Of a stretch of 64,000 nucleotides of DNA, positions 8,741 to 19,793 are shown one piece after another. This DNA is from an uncultured Gammaproteobacteria bacterium (GTDB lineage: Bacteria; Patescibacteriota; Microgenomatia; Levybacterales; UBA12049): contig CAYYSJ010000001.1 of the NCBI GenBank assembly GCA_964474445.1, forward strand, positions 206,530 through 270,529, written 5' to 3'. Position numbers and translations under genes: made by a program. Every line of letters starts with the position of its first letter. The first letter of the stretch is position 1. The notes under the pieces were generated by a model that did no database searches, had not been told where the DNA came from, and saw nothing but the letters and a program-made list of their open reading frames with translations.

Positions 8741-9496
8741 GTGAAGTATAAAGCAATCATTACTGATGTTGATGGAACCCTTATTCCTCAAAGTCTTAAA
8801 GACGGATTACCAACACGGAAAGTGAGATCTGCCATTAAAAAAGCTCAGGAAAAAGTTCATATTGGCGTTGCAACAGGAAGAGTACCAACTTCTATCTCCT
8901 ACCTGTTTAATCACGTTCATCTTCCAGGGCCTTCAGTTGTCTTAAACGGTGCCATGATTATTGATCTGGCAAAGAATGACATATTATATACAGATGAGAT
9001 GATCATGTATGATTTCCATAGAGTTGCGGCTATTCTCACAAGAATGAACGTATCTTTTGTTGTTGATGAAGTTGACCGATATGTTATTCCCTATAGCGCA
9101 TCCTACAAACCAGCTAGGCCGCTTGTCATATTTATCAGCAATTTAACAGTAAAAGAAATTGATACAATACAAAGCGCTATCTCCCACTTAAACAGGATCA
9201 GTTCTGTTCGCGTTCCTGATTGGACAAACAAAGAAAAATGGGGACTCCATATCTCTCATAGTAATGCAAGCAAAGAATTTGCAGTACTAAAAATTGCAGC
9301 AATGCTTGGGATACTTCCCTCAGAAATCATAGGTATTGGTGATGGGTATAATGATATTCCACTTCTGCAAGCTTGTGGATTAAAAATTGCGATGGGAAAT
9401 GCCGTCAGAGATTTAAAAGAGATTGCTGATTATGTTGCTCCTTCTGTTGAGGAAGACGGTGTTGCTGATGTTATTGAAAAATTTATCCTTTCCTAA
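8741..9496 (+). CDS. Cof-type HAD-IIB hydrolase
   Basis: DVDGTL, ATGR, GDGYND, AMGNA motifs. Confidence 0.92.
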   Translation: MKYKAIITDVDGTLIPQSLKDGLPTRKVRSAIKKAQEKVHIGVATGRVPTSISYLFNHVHLPGPSVVLNGAMIIDLAKNDILYTDEMIMYDFHRVAAILTRMNVSFVVDEVDRYVIPYSASYKPARPLVIFISNLTVKEIDTIQSAISHLNRISSVRVPDWTNKEKWGLHISHSNASKEFAVLKIAAMLGILPSEIIGIGDGYNDIPLLQACGLKIAMGNAVRDLKEIADYVAPSVEEDGVADVIEKFILS

Positions 9497-9510
9497 ATCT
9501 ATGCCTACAG

Positions 9511-10032
9511 TCAGGAAGCGCCTTGAGAAATCATTTTACTTCTTATTAATCCAATAAGTGTTAACGAAATCTTTCGTGCATGCAGTGTTCTTTGCTCATT
9601 TCCAATGTAGTAAGAATCCGAAAGTTGTTCCTCTAGTGCTTCTAAGACAGTACCACCCTCTCTTTTCAAATCTAACTCAACTCTTTCCAATTCTTCTTGC
9701 CATGCATCACTTGTCCAAAAACGGTGCAGTTGGGCTGTAGAGGGAGTGGATACTCCTCTTTCTGATCGTGCCTCAGCAAATCGTGTAACATAGGTCTCAA
9801 CATCTTCTCTTGTTATTCTTGGAATAGAACAGCCTTTTTGTTGTGCATCTACTTCTAACGCTTCATAGAGAGCAAAAAGCGTTTGTGTGCAGTGCTGCGC
9901 AAATCCTAGCCGACTTTTTGTGGTGACTTTTGCTTCTATATCTCTTGGTAGTTGAGTAAAAAAGATAGTAAGCTGTTGCTGCTCTCTCATCATCGATGGA
10001 ATCTTGCCAACACGTTCTCCAATCTGATTCAT
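9511..10032 (-). CDS. Hypothetical protein (orphan-like)
   Basis: 173-aa ORF filling the gap between HAD gene and atpB; TATACT upstream. Confidence 0.7.
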   Translation of the reverse strand: MNQIGERVGKIPSMMREQQQLTIFFTQLPRDIEAKVTTKSRLGFAQHCTQTLFALYEALEVDAQQKGCSIPRITREDVETYVTRFAEARSERGVSTPSTAQLHRFWTSDAWQEELERVELDLKREGGTVLEALEEQLSDSYYIGNEQRTLHARKISLTLIGLIRSKMISQGAS

Positions 10033-10131
10033 ACTATAAGTTAGTATAATTGCTCTTTGTGTGATTTTTGTAAGAATTTTTATACTTTTCTTCTTGAAGC
10101 CACAGCATTGTACTGATACAATACAACTGTT

Positions 10132-10863
10132 ATGGCAGCAGAACTTGCAGCAGAGACACTGTTTCGTATAGGAAATGTCCCTGTTACCAATACCCTTCTT
10201 GAGACACTTCTTGTCGACGGCATTATCATTTCAGGACTAATCACACTGAAAAAACAACTCAAACTCATTCCCTCAACTTTTCAAAACATCGTTGAATTTA
10301 TCATAGAAGGACTCTATGGACTAACAGAACAAGTAGCAGGACACAATGCAAAAAAGATCTTCCCATGGTTTATGTCTTTTTTTGTTTTTATTCTTATCGC
10401 GAACTGGCTATCTCTTCTTCCTGGATTTGGAACAATTGGTTTTCACACAAAGACAGGATTTGTCCCCCTTCTTCGAGGAGCAGGAAGCGATATCAACTTT
10501 ACCTTAGCGCTTGCACTTGTCTCAGCAATCGCAACGCATGTATTGGCAATTCGAACCGTTGGCATTTGGGAATACTTAAGTCGCTATTTCTCTCTTAATC
10601 CCATTTTCCTTTTTGTTGGAATTTTGGAAATTATCTCAGAAATTACAAAAGTCATCTCGCTTTCTTTCCGACTTTTTGGTAATATATTCGCAGGAGAAGT
10701 GGTACTTTCAACAGTAAGTAAAATGTTTGCTTTTGTCTTGCCACTTCCTTTTTTAGGGTTGGAGATTATTGTCGGACTCGTTCAGGCATTGGTTTTCGCA
10801 ATTCTCACAATGGCATTTATGTCTATTCTTATGACACCACATCATGAAGGAGGTGAACACTAA
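10132..10863 (+). CDS. atpB: ATP synthase F0 subunit a
   Basis: SLSFRLFGNIFAGE with essential Arg; LVQALVF. Confidence 0.96.
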   Translation: MAAELAAETLFRIGNVPVTNTLLETLLVDGIIISGLITLKKQLKLIPSTFQNIVEFIIEGLYGLTEQVAGHNAKKIFPWFMSFFVFILIANWLSLLPGFGTIGFHTKTGFVPLLRGAGSDINFTLALALVSAIATHVLAIRTVGIWEYLSRYFSLNPIFLFVGILEIISEITKVISLSFRLFGNIFAGEVVLSTVSKMFAFVLPLPFLGLEIIVGLVQALVFAILTMAFMSILMTPHHEGGEH

Positions 10864-10866
10864 TAC

Positions 10867-11073
10867 ATGGACTTTACAGTACATGGAGGCCTTATTGTTG
10901 CAATAGGAGGTTTGGGGCCAGCTCTTGGAATTGGACTTATTGGAGCTAAAGCAATGGAAGCATTGGGTCGCAATCCAGAAGCATCTGGAAGAGTTCTTCC
11001 AGCAATGTTACTCGGTATGGCTTTCGCTGAAGCTATTGCTATTTACGGTCTTATTCTCGCTTTCGGAAAATAA
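10867..11073 (+). CDS. atpE: ATP synthase F0 subunit c (H+-type motif)
   Basis: GRNPEA loop, AFAEAIAIY carboxylate; Na+-binding Q and S/T residues absent. Confidence 0.96.
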   Translation: MDFTVHGGLIVAIGGLGPALGIGLIGAKAMEALGRNPEASGRVLPAMLLGMAFAEAIAIYGLILAFGK

Positions 11074-11082
11074 ACACTATGT

Positions 11083-11158
11083 GTCATTCCGAACTTGTTT
11101 CGGAATCTCTTTGTTGAAGACAGTGAGGTTTTAAGTCCGGAAACAAGTTTGGGTTGAT
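11083..11158. repeat. Palindromic REP/RPE-like element between atpE and atpF
   Basis: GTCATTCCGAACTTGTTTCGGAATCT ... TCCGGAAACAAGTTTGGGTTGAT, imperfect long inverted repeat with internal palindrome. Confidence 0.7.
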
Positions 11159-11173
11159 AATACCCGTGTAATT

Positions 11174-11674
11174 ATGCAAGATTTATTAAAAAGTTTTGGA
11201 GTCGAGCCAGTACTTTTGGCAGCACAAATTGTTAATTTTTTGATTATTCTTTGGCTACTCAAGAGATTTGCCTACAAACCCATTTTTGACGTCCTTGAAA
11301 AAAGAAGAAAACTTGTTCAGGAAGGCGTTAAAAATGCAGAGAAATCAACTCTTGAGCTTGAAAAAGCATTAGAAGAAGAGAAAGTTATTCTGAAAAAAGC
11401 ACAACAAGAATCACAAACATTACTTGCCGATGCACAAAAACAAGCAGCTGATCTTTTAACAGAAGCCGAGGCTTCAGCAAAAGTGCGAGTAGCAAAGATT
11501 CTTGAAGAAGCAAAGCAAGAGATCGATCGACAAACACAAGAAACAGAAAAACGGTTGGCAGCACATACAGCCCAGCTTGCCGTAGAATTGTTGGAAAAAT
11601 CACTGCAAGGTATGGTAGATAAAAAAACGCAACAAGCTGTCTTGGAGAATGCCTCAAAAAAGTTAAAAGCATAA
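11174..11674 (+). CDS. atpF: ATP synthase F0 subunit b
   Basis: AQIVNFLIILWLLKRFAYKPI followed by coiled coil. Confidence 0.95.
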   Translation: MQDLLKSFGVEPVLLAAQIVNFLIILWLLKRFAYKPIFDVLEKRRKLVQEGVKNAEKSTLELEKALEEEKVILKKAQQESQTLLADAQKQAADLLTEAEASAKVRVAKILEEAKQEIDRQTQETEKRLAAHTAQLAVELLEKSLQGMVDKKTQQAVLENASKKLKA

Positions 11675-11675
11675 T

Positions 11676-12029
11676 ATGACAAAAAAACAAATAACACAAT
11701 TAGTACAAGCAAGTTATACAAAAAATTCCCTTGATAAGAAAACGATAGAAAGAATTGCAACACTTCTTTCCCGTGCTGATTTAAAACAATACATTAGAGC
11801 ACTCAAACTTTCTGAAAAAGCCAAAACAATTTCTCTTGTCTTACCGGATGCAACAGTATATAATAGTGCTAAGAAAAGCTTTGAATCATTGTTTACAGAC
11901 AAAAGAATCGTTGTAGAAGAAGATCCTTCCCTTCTTCTTGGAATAAAAGTTATAGACAATGATATCGTCTATGATCTCAGTCTGAAAAATAGTTTAGAGT
12001 CATTCGCAAAAGAAGTGGCAGAAAGTTAG
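11676..12029 (+). CDS. atpH: ATP synthase delta subunit, short form
   Basis: Position between atpF and atpA; C-terminal DPSLLLGIKV...DLSLK motif; only 117 aa. Confidence 0.85.
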   Translation: MTKKQITQLVQASYTKNSLDKKTIERIATLLSRADLKQYIRALKLSEKAKTISLVLPDATVYNSAKKSFESLFTDKRIVVEEDPSLLLGIKVIDNDIVYDLSLKNSLESFAKEVAES

Positions 12030-12032
12030 AAT

Positions 12033-13544
12033 ATGGACAGTAACGATATTTTAAAACAACTAGAAACAAAATTAAGTTCATTTGAAACCTCAACCAAACA
12101 ACAAAATGTTGGGACAGTCGAGCAAATTGGCGATAACGTGATTGTTGCATCAGGACTCTCAAAAGCACAAATGGGTGAACAAGTTGTTTTTGAAGACGGT
12201 ACCACAGGTCTTATCCTTAATCTTGATGAAGATTCAGTTTCTATTGTTTTACTCGGAAGAGGAGAAGGAATTAAAGAAGGAGATACTGTTAAAACAACCG
12301 GAAGACTTCTTACCATTACCGCCTCAGACGAATTACTTGGACGTGTTATTAACCCAGTCGGTATTGCACTTGATGGAAAAGCAAGTGTCAAAAAAGGAAA
12401 AGAAATGCCTCTTGAAAGAATTGCAGCAGGTGTTATTGCAAGACAACCGGTGGATACTCCTTTAAAGACCGGTATCAAAGCGATTGATTCATTGATTCCA
12501 ATTGGTCGTGGGCAACGAGAACTTATTATTGGCGATCGAGGTCTTGGAAAAACAGCTATTGCAATTGATACCATTATTAATCAAAAAGAAGCAAATAGTG
12601 GTGGAAAAAGAGTTCTGTGTGTTTATGTTGCAATTGGACAAAAACAAAGTACTGTTGCACAAGTTGTTGAAAAGCTGAAAGAGACAGGTGCAATGGATTA
12701 CACCATTGTTGTTAACGCTGGGGCAGCAGATCCAGCATCCCTCCAGTACTTAGCCCCTTATGCGGGTGTTGCTATTGCTGAATATTTCCTGGAAAAAGGC
12801 GAGGATGTTCTGGTAGTCTATGATGACCTTACGAAACATGCATGGGCATATCGCAACCTTTCTCTTGTTTTGAAAAGACCAGCTGGAAGAGAAGCATATC
12901 CAGGAGACATTTTCTACCTTCACTCACGACTACTCGAGAGAGCGGTAAAGTTAAATAAAGACTTTGGCGGCGGATCAATTACCGCGCTCCCTGTTATTGA
13001 AACACAAGCAAATGATATTTCAGCATACATTCCAACCAATGTTATTTCCATTACCGATGGACAAATCTTTTTAGTTTCAGACCTTTTTAATGCAGGTATT
13101 CGCCCAGCTATTGACGTTGGAAATTCTGTGTCAAGAGTTGGAGGAGCAGCACAGACAGGCGCTATGAAGTCTGTTTCAGGCAGAATTAAACTGGAACTTG
13201 CTCAGTACCGGGAACTAGCAGTCTTTGCACAATTTGGATCAGAGCTTGACGCAGCAACCATGAATCAGCTCGAAAGAGGAAAGCGATTAACTGAAGTGTT
13301 AAAGCAGCCTCAGTATAATCCACTTCCAGAGGCATTTGAAATTCTTTCTATTTGGGCTGTTACCAATGGATATTTAAATGATGTGCCAGTTGAAGATGTT
13401 TTGAGGTTTGAAAAAGAATATCACAATTATGTGAAAACCCATGGAAAAAAACTTTTGGAAACGCTTTCATCTGGTAAAAAAATCGATGATGCAACAACAG
13501 AAGAATTAAAGAAAATTACAGTAACATTCAAAAAAACGTTCTAA
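12033..13544 (+). CDS. atpA: ATP synthase F1 alpha
   Basis: [36 protein letters not shown]. Confidence 0.98.
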   Translation: MDSNDILKQLETKLSSFETSTKQQNVGTVEQIGDNVIVASGLSKAQMGEQVVFEDGTTGLILNLDEDSVSIVLLGRGEGIKEGDTVKTTGRLLTITASDELLGRVINPVGIALDGKASVKKGKEMPLERIAAGVIARQPVDTPLKTGIKAIDSLIPIGRGQRELIIGDRGLGKTAIAIDTIINQKEANSGGKRVLCVYVAIGQKQSTVAQVVEKLKETGAMDYTIVVNAGAADPASLQYLAPYAGVAIAEYFLEKGEDVLVVYDDLTKHAWAYRNLSLVLKRPAGREAYPGDIFYLHSRLLERAVKLNKDFGGGSITALPVIETQANDISAYIPTNVISITDGQIFLVSDLFNAGIRPAIDVGNSVSRVGGAAQTGAMKSVSGRIKLELAQYRELAVFAQFGSELDAATMNQLERGKRLTEVLKQPQYNPLPEAFEILSIWAVTNGYLNDVPVEDVLRFEKEYHNYVKTHGKKLLETLSSGKKIDDATTEELKKITVTFKKTF

Positions 13545-13556
13545 AAGTATTGAAGA

Positions 13557-13648
13557 TAGACAATAGAAAGTAGATTGTAGATTTTGATGATAGAAAATAG
13601 AAAATCTATTCTCTACCTTCAATATCCGCTTTCCATATTCTATTTCTA
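13557..13648. repeat. Heptamer-period tandem repeats in inverted arrangement (TAGAnnn then TCTAnnn)
   Basis: TAGA at 13557, 13564, 13571, 13578, 13591, 13598; TCTA-like at 13605, 13612, 13619, 13632, 13639, 13645. Confidence 0.75.
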
Positions 13649-13658
13649 AATAATATCT

Positions 13659-15948
<2,290 letters not shown>

Positions 15949-15990
15949 TTGATCGTTCACTTGTGACAAGGTTCTGCTTTGAACAATCAA
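15949..15990. repeat. Inverted repeat between atpD and atpC
   Basis: TTGATCGTTCA ... TGAACAATCAA, 10 of 11 complementary. Confidence 0.5.
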
Positions 15991-16002
15991 CCCTAAACCG
16001 CT

Positions 16003-16413
16003 ATGACGTTACACATTAAAGTTGCTACCCCAGAAAAAGAAATTCTTTCAGAAGAGGTTGACGAAATCGTTGTTCCAACAACAACAGGAGAGTTATCAAT
16101 TCTTCCAGAACACGTTGCCTTACTCACGCAATTGACACCGGGAGAAATGCAAATTAAAAAAGGCAACAAGATTGAACATCTTGTTGTTGAAGGAGGGTTT
16201 TTAGAAGTTGGAAATAACACAGTCACCGTTCTTGCAGATTACGCCGTATTTGGCAAAGACATTTCTGAATCAGAAGCACAGAAAGCAAAAGAGCGAGCAG
16301 AAAAAGCAATGAAAGAGAAAAAGTCAGATGTTGATTTTGCAATGGCAGAGGCAGAGTTTAGACGAGCAATCCTTGAACTTAAAGTTGCAAAACGCACCAA
16401 ACACACAGTCTAA
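16003..16413 (+). CDS. atpC: ATP synthase F1 epsilon
   Basis: ATPEK, GELSILPEH, GGFLEV, C-terminal helical hairpin. Confidence 0.96.
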   Translation: MTLHIKVATPEKEILSEEVDEIVVPTTTGELSILPEHVALLTQLTPGEMQIKKGNKIEHLVVEGGFLEVGNNTVTVLADYAVFGKDISESEAQKAKERAEKAMKEKKSDVDFAMAEAEFRRAILELKVAKRTKHTV

Positions 16414-16482
16414 ATTTCTACTTTTACTATCCTCTTACCGACCCAGCTCTTATTTACTACAAAATAATTTTATTTTTGGTAC

Positions 16483-16746
16483 GTGGAAAGAATAAGGGTA
16501 CATCGCGTAAATTGTATTGGTGGCGTATGGGGAGACCCAGATCCATTAACAGGTCCAGACTGGATAAATCATGACGAAATGGTAAGAAGGACTATCGAAA
16601 GACATACAGGTCAACCTCTTCCTCGTGAAACATTTGAAAACGAATATATCTATCGCATGAATTTTAAACCAGATAAAAAAGGTCTACCACAAGATGGCGT
16701 ACCAGGAACAGTAAGTATCTCCTACAAAAGAAGGAAAAGAAAATAA
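16483..16746 (+). CDS. Hypothetical protein
   Basis: 87-aa ORF with GTG start, basic C-terminus, no recognisable motif. Confidence 0.55.
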   Translation: MERIRVHRVNCIGGVWGDPDPLTGPDWINHDEMVRRTIERHTGQPLPRETFENEYIYRMNFKPDKKGLPQDGVPGTVSISYKRRKRK

Positions 16747-16833
16747 ACTATCATCCTACTCACTGATTACTTCTATTGCAAATAAAGTCTCGTAGATTAC
16801 CATAACCATTTCTTCTGATAAAATGCAATGGTT

Positions 16834-17204
16834 ATGGCAGATGTCAGAAAAGCTTTTTATACCCAGATCAACCTGATAGATCAAGACACCGCATGTGTGC
16901 TGCTGGTCAACGTAGAGCTGCAAAAGAAGGTTTAAAGCTTCTTCGAGAAGACAAAATAGGCATTCAGGATCCTGAAGTTACTGAGATTTTAACAAGAGGT
17001 GGAAGAGCTGCTGATCAACTCCGAAGAGGAATTAGAACCAATAAGCATAAGGTTATCTCTGCAGTTGTGACACAAGCTTATGCAGATGGTGAACTAGAAG
17101 AATTTGTGAGTCGTAATGGGGACTTTATATTAGAGACCCATGATGGCATTCACTTACAAAGAAATATTGTAGAAGAAGAATCTAATGGAAAACAAATATA
17201 CTAA
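16834..17204 (+). CDS. Hypothetical protein, possibly frameshifted near its 5' end (in-frame ATG at 16893)
   Basis: Extended -10 TGATAAAAT precedes ATG 16834, which is out of frame with the 103-aa ORF; that frame stays open upstream of 16893. Confidence 0.5.
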
Positions 17205-17624
17205 TTACTCTTTAAAATAAACATTCATTGCCTTTTGTTGATAGTCTGTCATGTCTACCTCTTTCATTGTACCTTTACCAACCCACCTATATTCCGAATG
17301 CTCATGACTTAGTAAAACATTTTGGGTCTGGTCTTTTAAACGACAAATAAAGAAAATTTCGACTCGATGAATTTTCTCTCCAGGTTTTTCCATAAAATAA
17401 TCATCAACATAAAATGGATTTCCTACTTCTACATCGAGTCCCGTTTCTTCCTTGATTTCACGTTGTACTGCAAGGATCGGGTGCTCGCCAAAATCTGTTC
17501 CTCCACCTGGAACCTCCCAGTATCCAGGCAAGAATTCATCATCTTCTGATCTTTTTACCACTAACACTTCCTTTTTTTCATTGGTAATAAATCCACTCAC
17601 ACAAGCTTGTTGAAATTGTTTCAT
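17205..17624 (-). CDS. Nudix hydrolase (MutT-like); start revised to 17624
   Basis: GGGTDFGEHPILAVQREIKEETGL Nudix box; TATACT 7 nt before ATG. Confidence 0.92.
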   Translation of the reverse strand: MKQFQQACVSGFITNEKKEVLVVKRSEDDEFLPGYWEVPGGGTDFGEHPILAVQREIKEETGLDVEVGNPFYVDDYFMEKPGEKIHRVEIFFICRLKDQTQNVLLSHEHSEYRWVGKGTMKEVDMTDYQQKAMNVYFKE

Positions 17625-17683
17625 ACTTAGGAGTATACCAAATTTATCTTGACTAGCACATATACAGCAAGTACTATTGTTGT

Positions 17684-17926
17684 ATGAAGAAATTTTTAAT
17701 AGAAACAGCAGGATGGTATGGAACAATCGTAATTTTGGGTGCTTACGCGTTAGTAAGTTTTAACCTTCTTAAATCTGCGAGTCTTACTTACCAGCTACTT
17801 AATATTACCGGATCACTTGGCATTCTTGTTGTGTCACTCACTAAAAGACTTTATCAATCTGTTGTTTTAAATATTATCTGGGGAATTGTTGGACTCATTG
17901 CAATCATCAGCCTCCTTCATAAATAA
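17684..17926 (+). CDS. Small membrane protein (CBU_0592-like)
   Basis: Three hydrophobic segments, GW.G...IL.AY and YQLLN..GS; TTGACT-17-TACTAT-6-ATG promoter. Confidence 0.8.
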   Translation: MKKFLIETAGWYGTIVILGAYALVSFNLLKSASLTYQLLNITGSLGILVVSLTKRLYQSVVLNIIWGIVGLIAIISLLHK

Positions 17927-17954
17927 GACCTTCTTTTTGATATCATCTGATCTA

Positions 17955-17983
17955 TTGACTCTTTCATACGATCGTACTATTGT
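17955..17983 (+). promoter_or_regulatory. lexA promoter with palindromic candidate operator in the spacer
   Basis: TTGACT-17 bp-TATTGT, ATG 6 nt later; perfect palindrome TACGATCGTA at 17967-17976. Confidence 0.65.
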
Positions 17984-17989
17984 AGAGAT

Positions 17990-18556
17990 ATGGACATCAA
18001 CAAAGCAATCGAAATGATTAGAAAGTTTTTTGTGCAACACAAAAGAATGCCAAGCTACAGCGAACTCTCTACTCTTTTTGGTTATACAACAAAAGCAAGT
18101 AGCCAGTATTTAGTAAAAAAGCTTTTAGAAGCAGGTGTGTTGGAAAAAGACGAACATGGGAAATTACTTCCCAAAAATCTTTTTACAATCCCCAACCTTG
18201 GGATTATTAAAGCAGGCTATCCAACAGTTGCAGACATGCAGTCAGATGCAATTGATGTCTACGATTACTTGCTCAATAGACCAGGTACTATTTTCTCACT
18301 CACTGTAAAAGGAGACTCTATGATAGACGAGGGGATTCATGAAGGAGATATTGTGATTGTTGAGAAAGAAAGAAGTCCAAAAAATGGAGATATAGTTGCT
18401 GCAAACGTCGATGGAGAATGGACAGTGAAATATTACCACAACAGTTTTGGAGATGTTACGCTTCTACCTGCTAATAAGCGCTACCCAGCTATTAAGCCAC
18501 GAGAGTCTTTGGAGATTGGAGGTGTCGTCGTCAGCGTGATACGAAAGTACCGCTAA
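17990..18556 (+). CDS. lexA: LexA-family repressor (winged HTH + S24 autoprotease)
   Basis: MPSYSEL HTH, Ala-Gly site IKAGYP, catalytic Ser GDSM and Lys TVK. Confidence 0.9.
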   Translation: MDINKAIEMIRKFFVQHKRMPSYSELSTLFGYTTKASSQYLVKKLLEAGVLEKDEHGKLLPKNLFTIPNLGIIKAGYPTVADMQSDAIDVYDYLLNRPGTIFSLTVKGDSMIDEGIHEGDIVIVEKERSPKNGDIVAANVDGEWTVKYYHNSFGDVTLLPANKRYPAIKPRESLEIGGVVVSVIRKYR

Positions 18557-18558
18557 GT

Positions 18559-18801
18559 ATGACAGACATTAATGAACCAATAAGTGTTCTTACTGTTTTT
18601 GACGCAGAAAAAAAATGTGTACTGCCCCGCAAATTCAAATGGAGAGGAAGAATATACAAAGTGAAGGAAGTGAATCTCTACTACACGAAAGCATTCAGTT
18701 CAGTTTTACACCATCTTTTCTCAGTCACGGATGGGAATACAGCCTTTTACCTTTCCATGAATTCCCAAACACTCACTTGGAAACTCCTGGAAATCTCCTG
18801 A
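18559..18801 (+). CDS. Small beta-rich protein, DUF6504/YqjX-like (Y-family polymerase accessory type)
   Basis: P.KF.WRGR.Y.V..V and terminal W.L pattern; 2 nt after lexA stop. Confidence 0.6.
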   Translation: MTDINEPISVLTVFDAEKKCVLPRKFKWRGRIYKVKEVNLYYTKAFSSVLHHLFSVTDGNTAFYLSMNSQTLTWKLLEIS

Positions 18802-19057
18802 TTTCTTTTAGAAAATTGCAGACAAATATCACCAAACTAACAAAGATTTTTGAAGTAAAAATTTTCCCTTCGATGCATACCTTAATGCGTCTTTTTCTTT
18901 AAGATAATCTTGTATGGATTTATATTGTCTTCTTTCACTTGGAAATATTCTTTTCCGTCTGAGAAAAAACTTACTTTTAGCAATAATTTAGGATGAGCGC
19001 CAAAAGAGCGGGAAAAATTTTCTTGATAAAACTTTATCAAATCAGAAATTTTTTTGA

Positions 19058-19636
19058 TTAAGCTGTCAGTGCTTGTCGTAACTCATCTAACTTCCCTGTT
19101 GTTTGAATGCGAAGAATTTTAAGAGCTAGTTCTTTATCACGAAAGTTGGGATTTGCAGCAAGTGTAATAAATTCATCAAAGGTTACTTCTTGTATTTCTA
19201 TTTTTTCTCCTGCATCAAGATGAGGCTCTTGTATTTTTTTGCATTCTCTTGCAACAAAGATAAAAATAGCCCAATCAATTTTTGTCGTTGGCTGAACAGC
19301 ATTAAATAATTCCCACTCATTACTAGTATATCCTGTCTCTTCAAGTAATTCCCGCTGGGCAGCAGAAAATGGTTTTTCCCCTTCATCTATAATGCCGCCT
19401 GGAAGACCAATAAATGGCTTTATACTAGGCTGTTCTTGGTATGTTACGAGTATCTTTTTATCTTCGGTAACTGCAATAACGCCAACAGTATCTCGCCTGG
19501 CAATTTTTTCAAAAGTCTCCTTGCTTCCATCATACATCTCCTGCTCCCACTGATAGACACTAAATAACTTTCCTTGAAAGACTTTTTTTGCATGAGAAGG
19601 AAGCGGTTGATTTGATTGTGGACGGATAATGTTCAT
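19058..19636 (-). CDS. Nudix hydrolase (ADP-ribose pyrophosphatase-like)
   Basis: GGIIDEGEKPFSAAQRELLEETGY; LDAGEKI. Confidence 0.92.
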   Translation of the reverse strand: MNIIRPQSNQPLPSHAKKVFQGKLFSVYQWEQEMYDGSKETFEKIARRDTVGVIAVTEDKKILVTYQEQPSIKPFIGLPGGIIDEGEKPFSAAQRELLEETGYTSNEWELFNAVQPTTKIDWAIFIFVARECKKIQEPHLDAGEKIEIQEVTFDEFITLAANPNFRDKELALKILRIQTTGKLDELRQALTA

Positions 19637-19793
19637 ATCCGTATTATAAACTATTTCTGTATGTTAAAGAAAATCGTAATTTCTAAAACACTTCCAACCC
19701 CGTATTCCCACTTGATATCTGTTTGATTGTTGCCTCAGTTAGCAGTTGCAACAAGTAGGCAAGCAAACAATGACAGAGGAGTAATAAAAGTCT

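Noticed and set aside
10867-11073. Na+-coupled or N-type ATPase
   Set aside because: Subunit c lacks the Gln and Ser/Thr sodium ligands; gene order is the standard F-type
18802-19057. Possible pseudogene remnant on the minus strand and TTGATAAA-AC-TTTATCAA repeat
   Set aside because: Short open stretches without a clear start or recognisable motif; the repeat is AT-rich and has no supporting context
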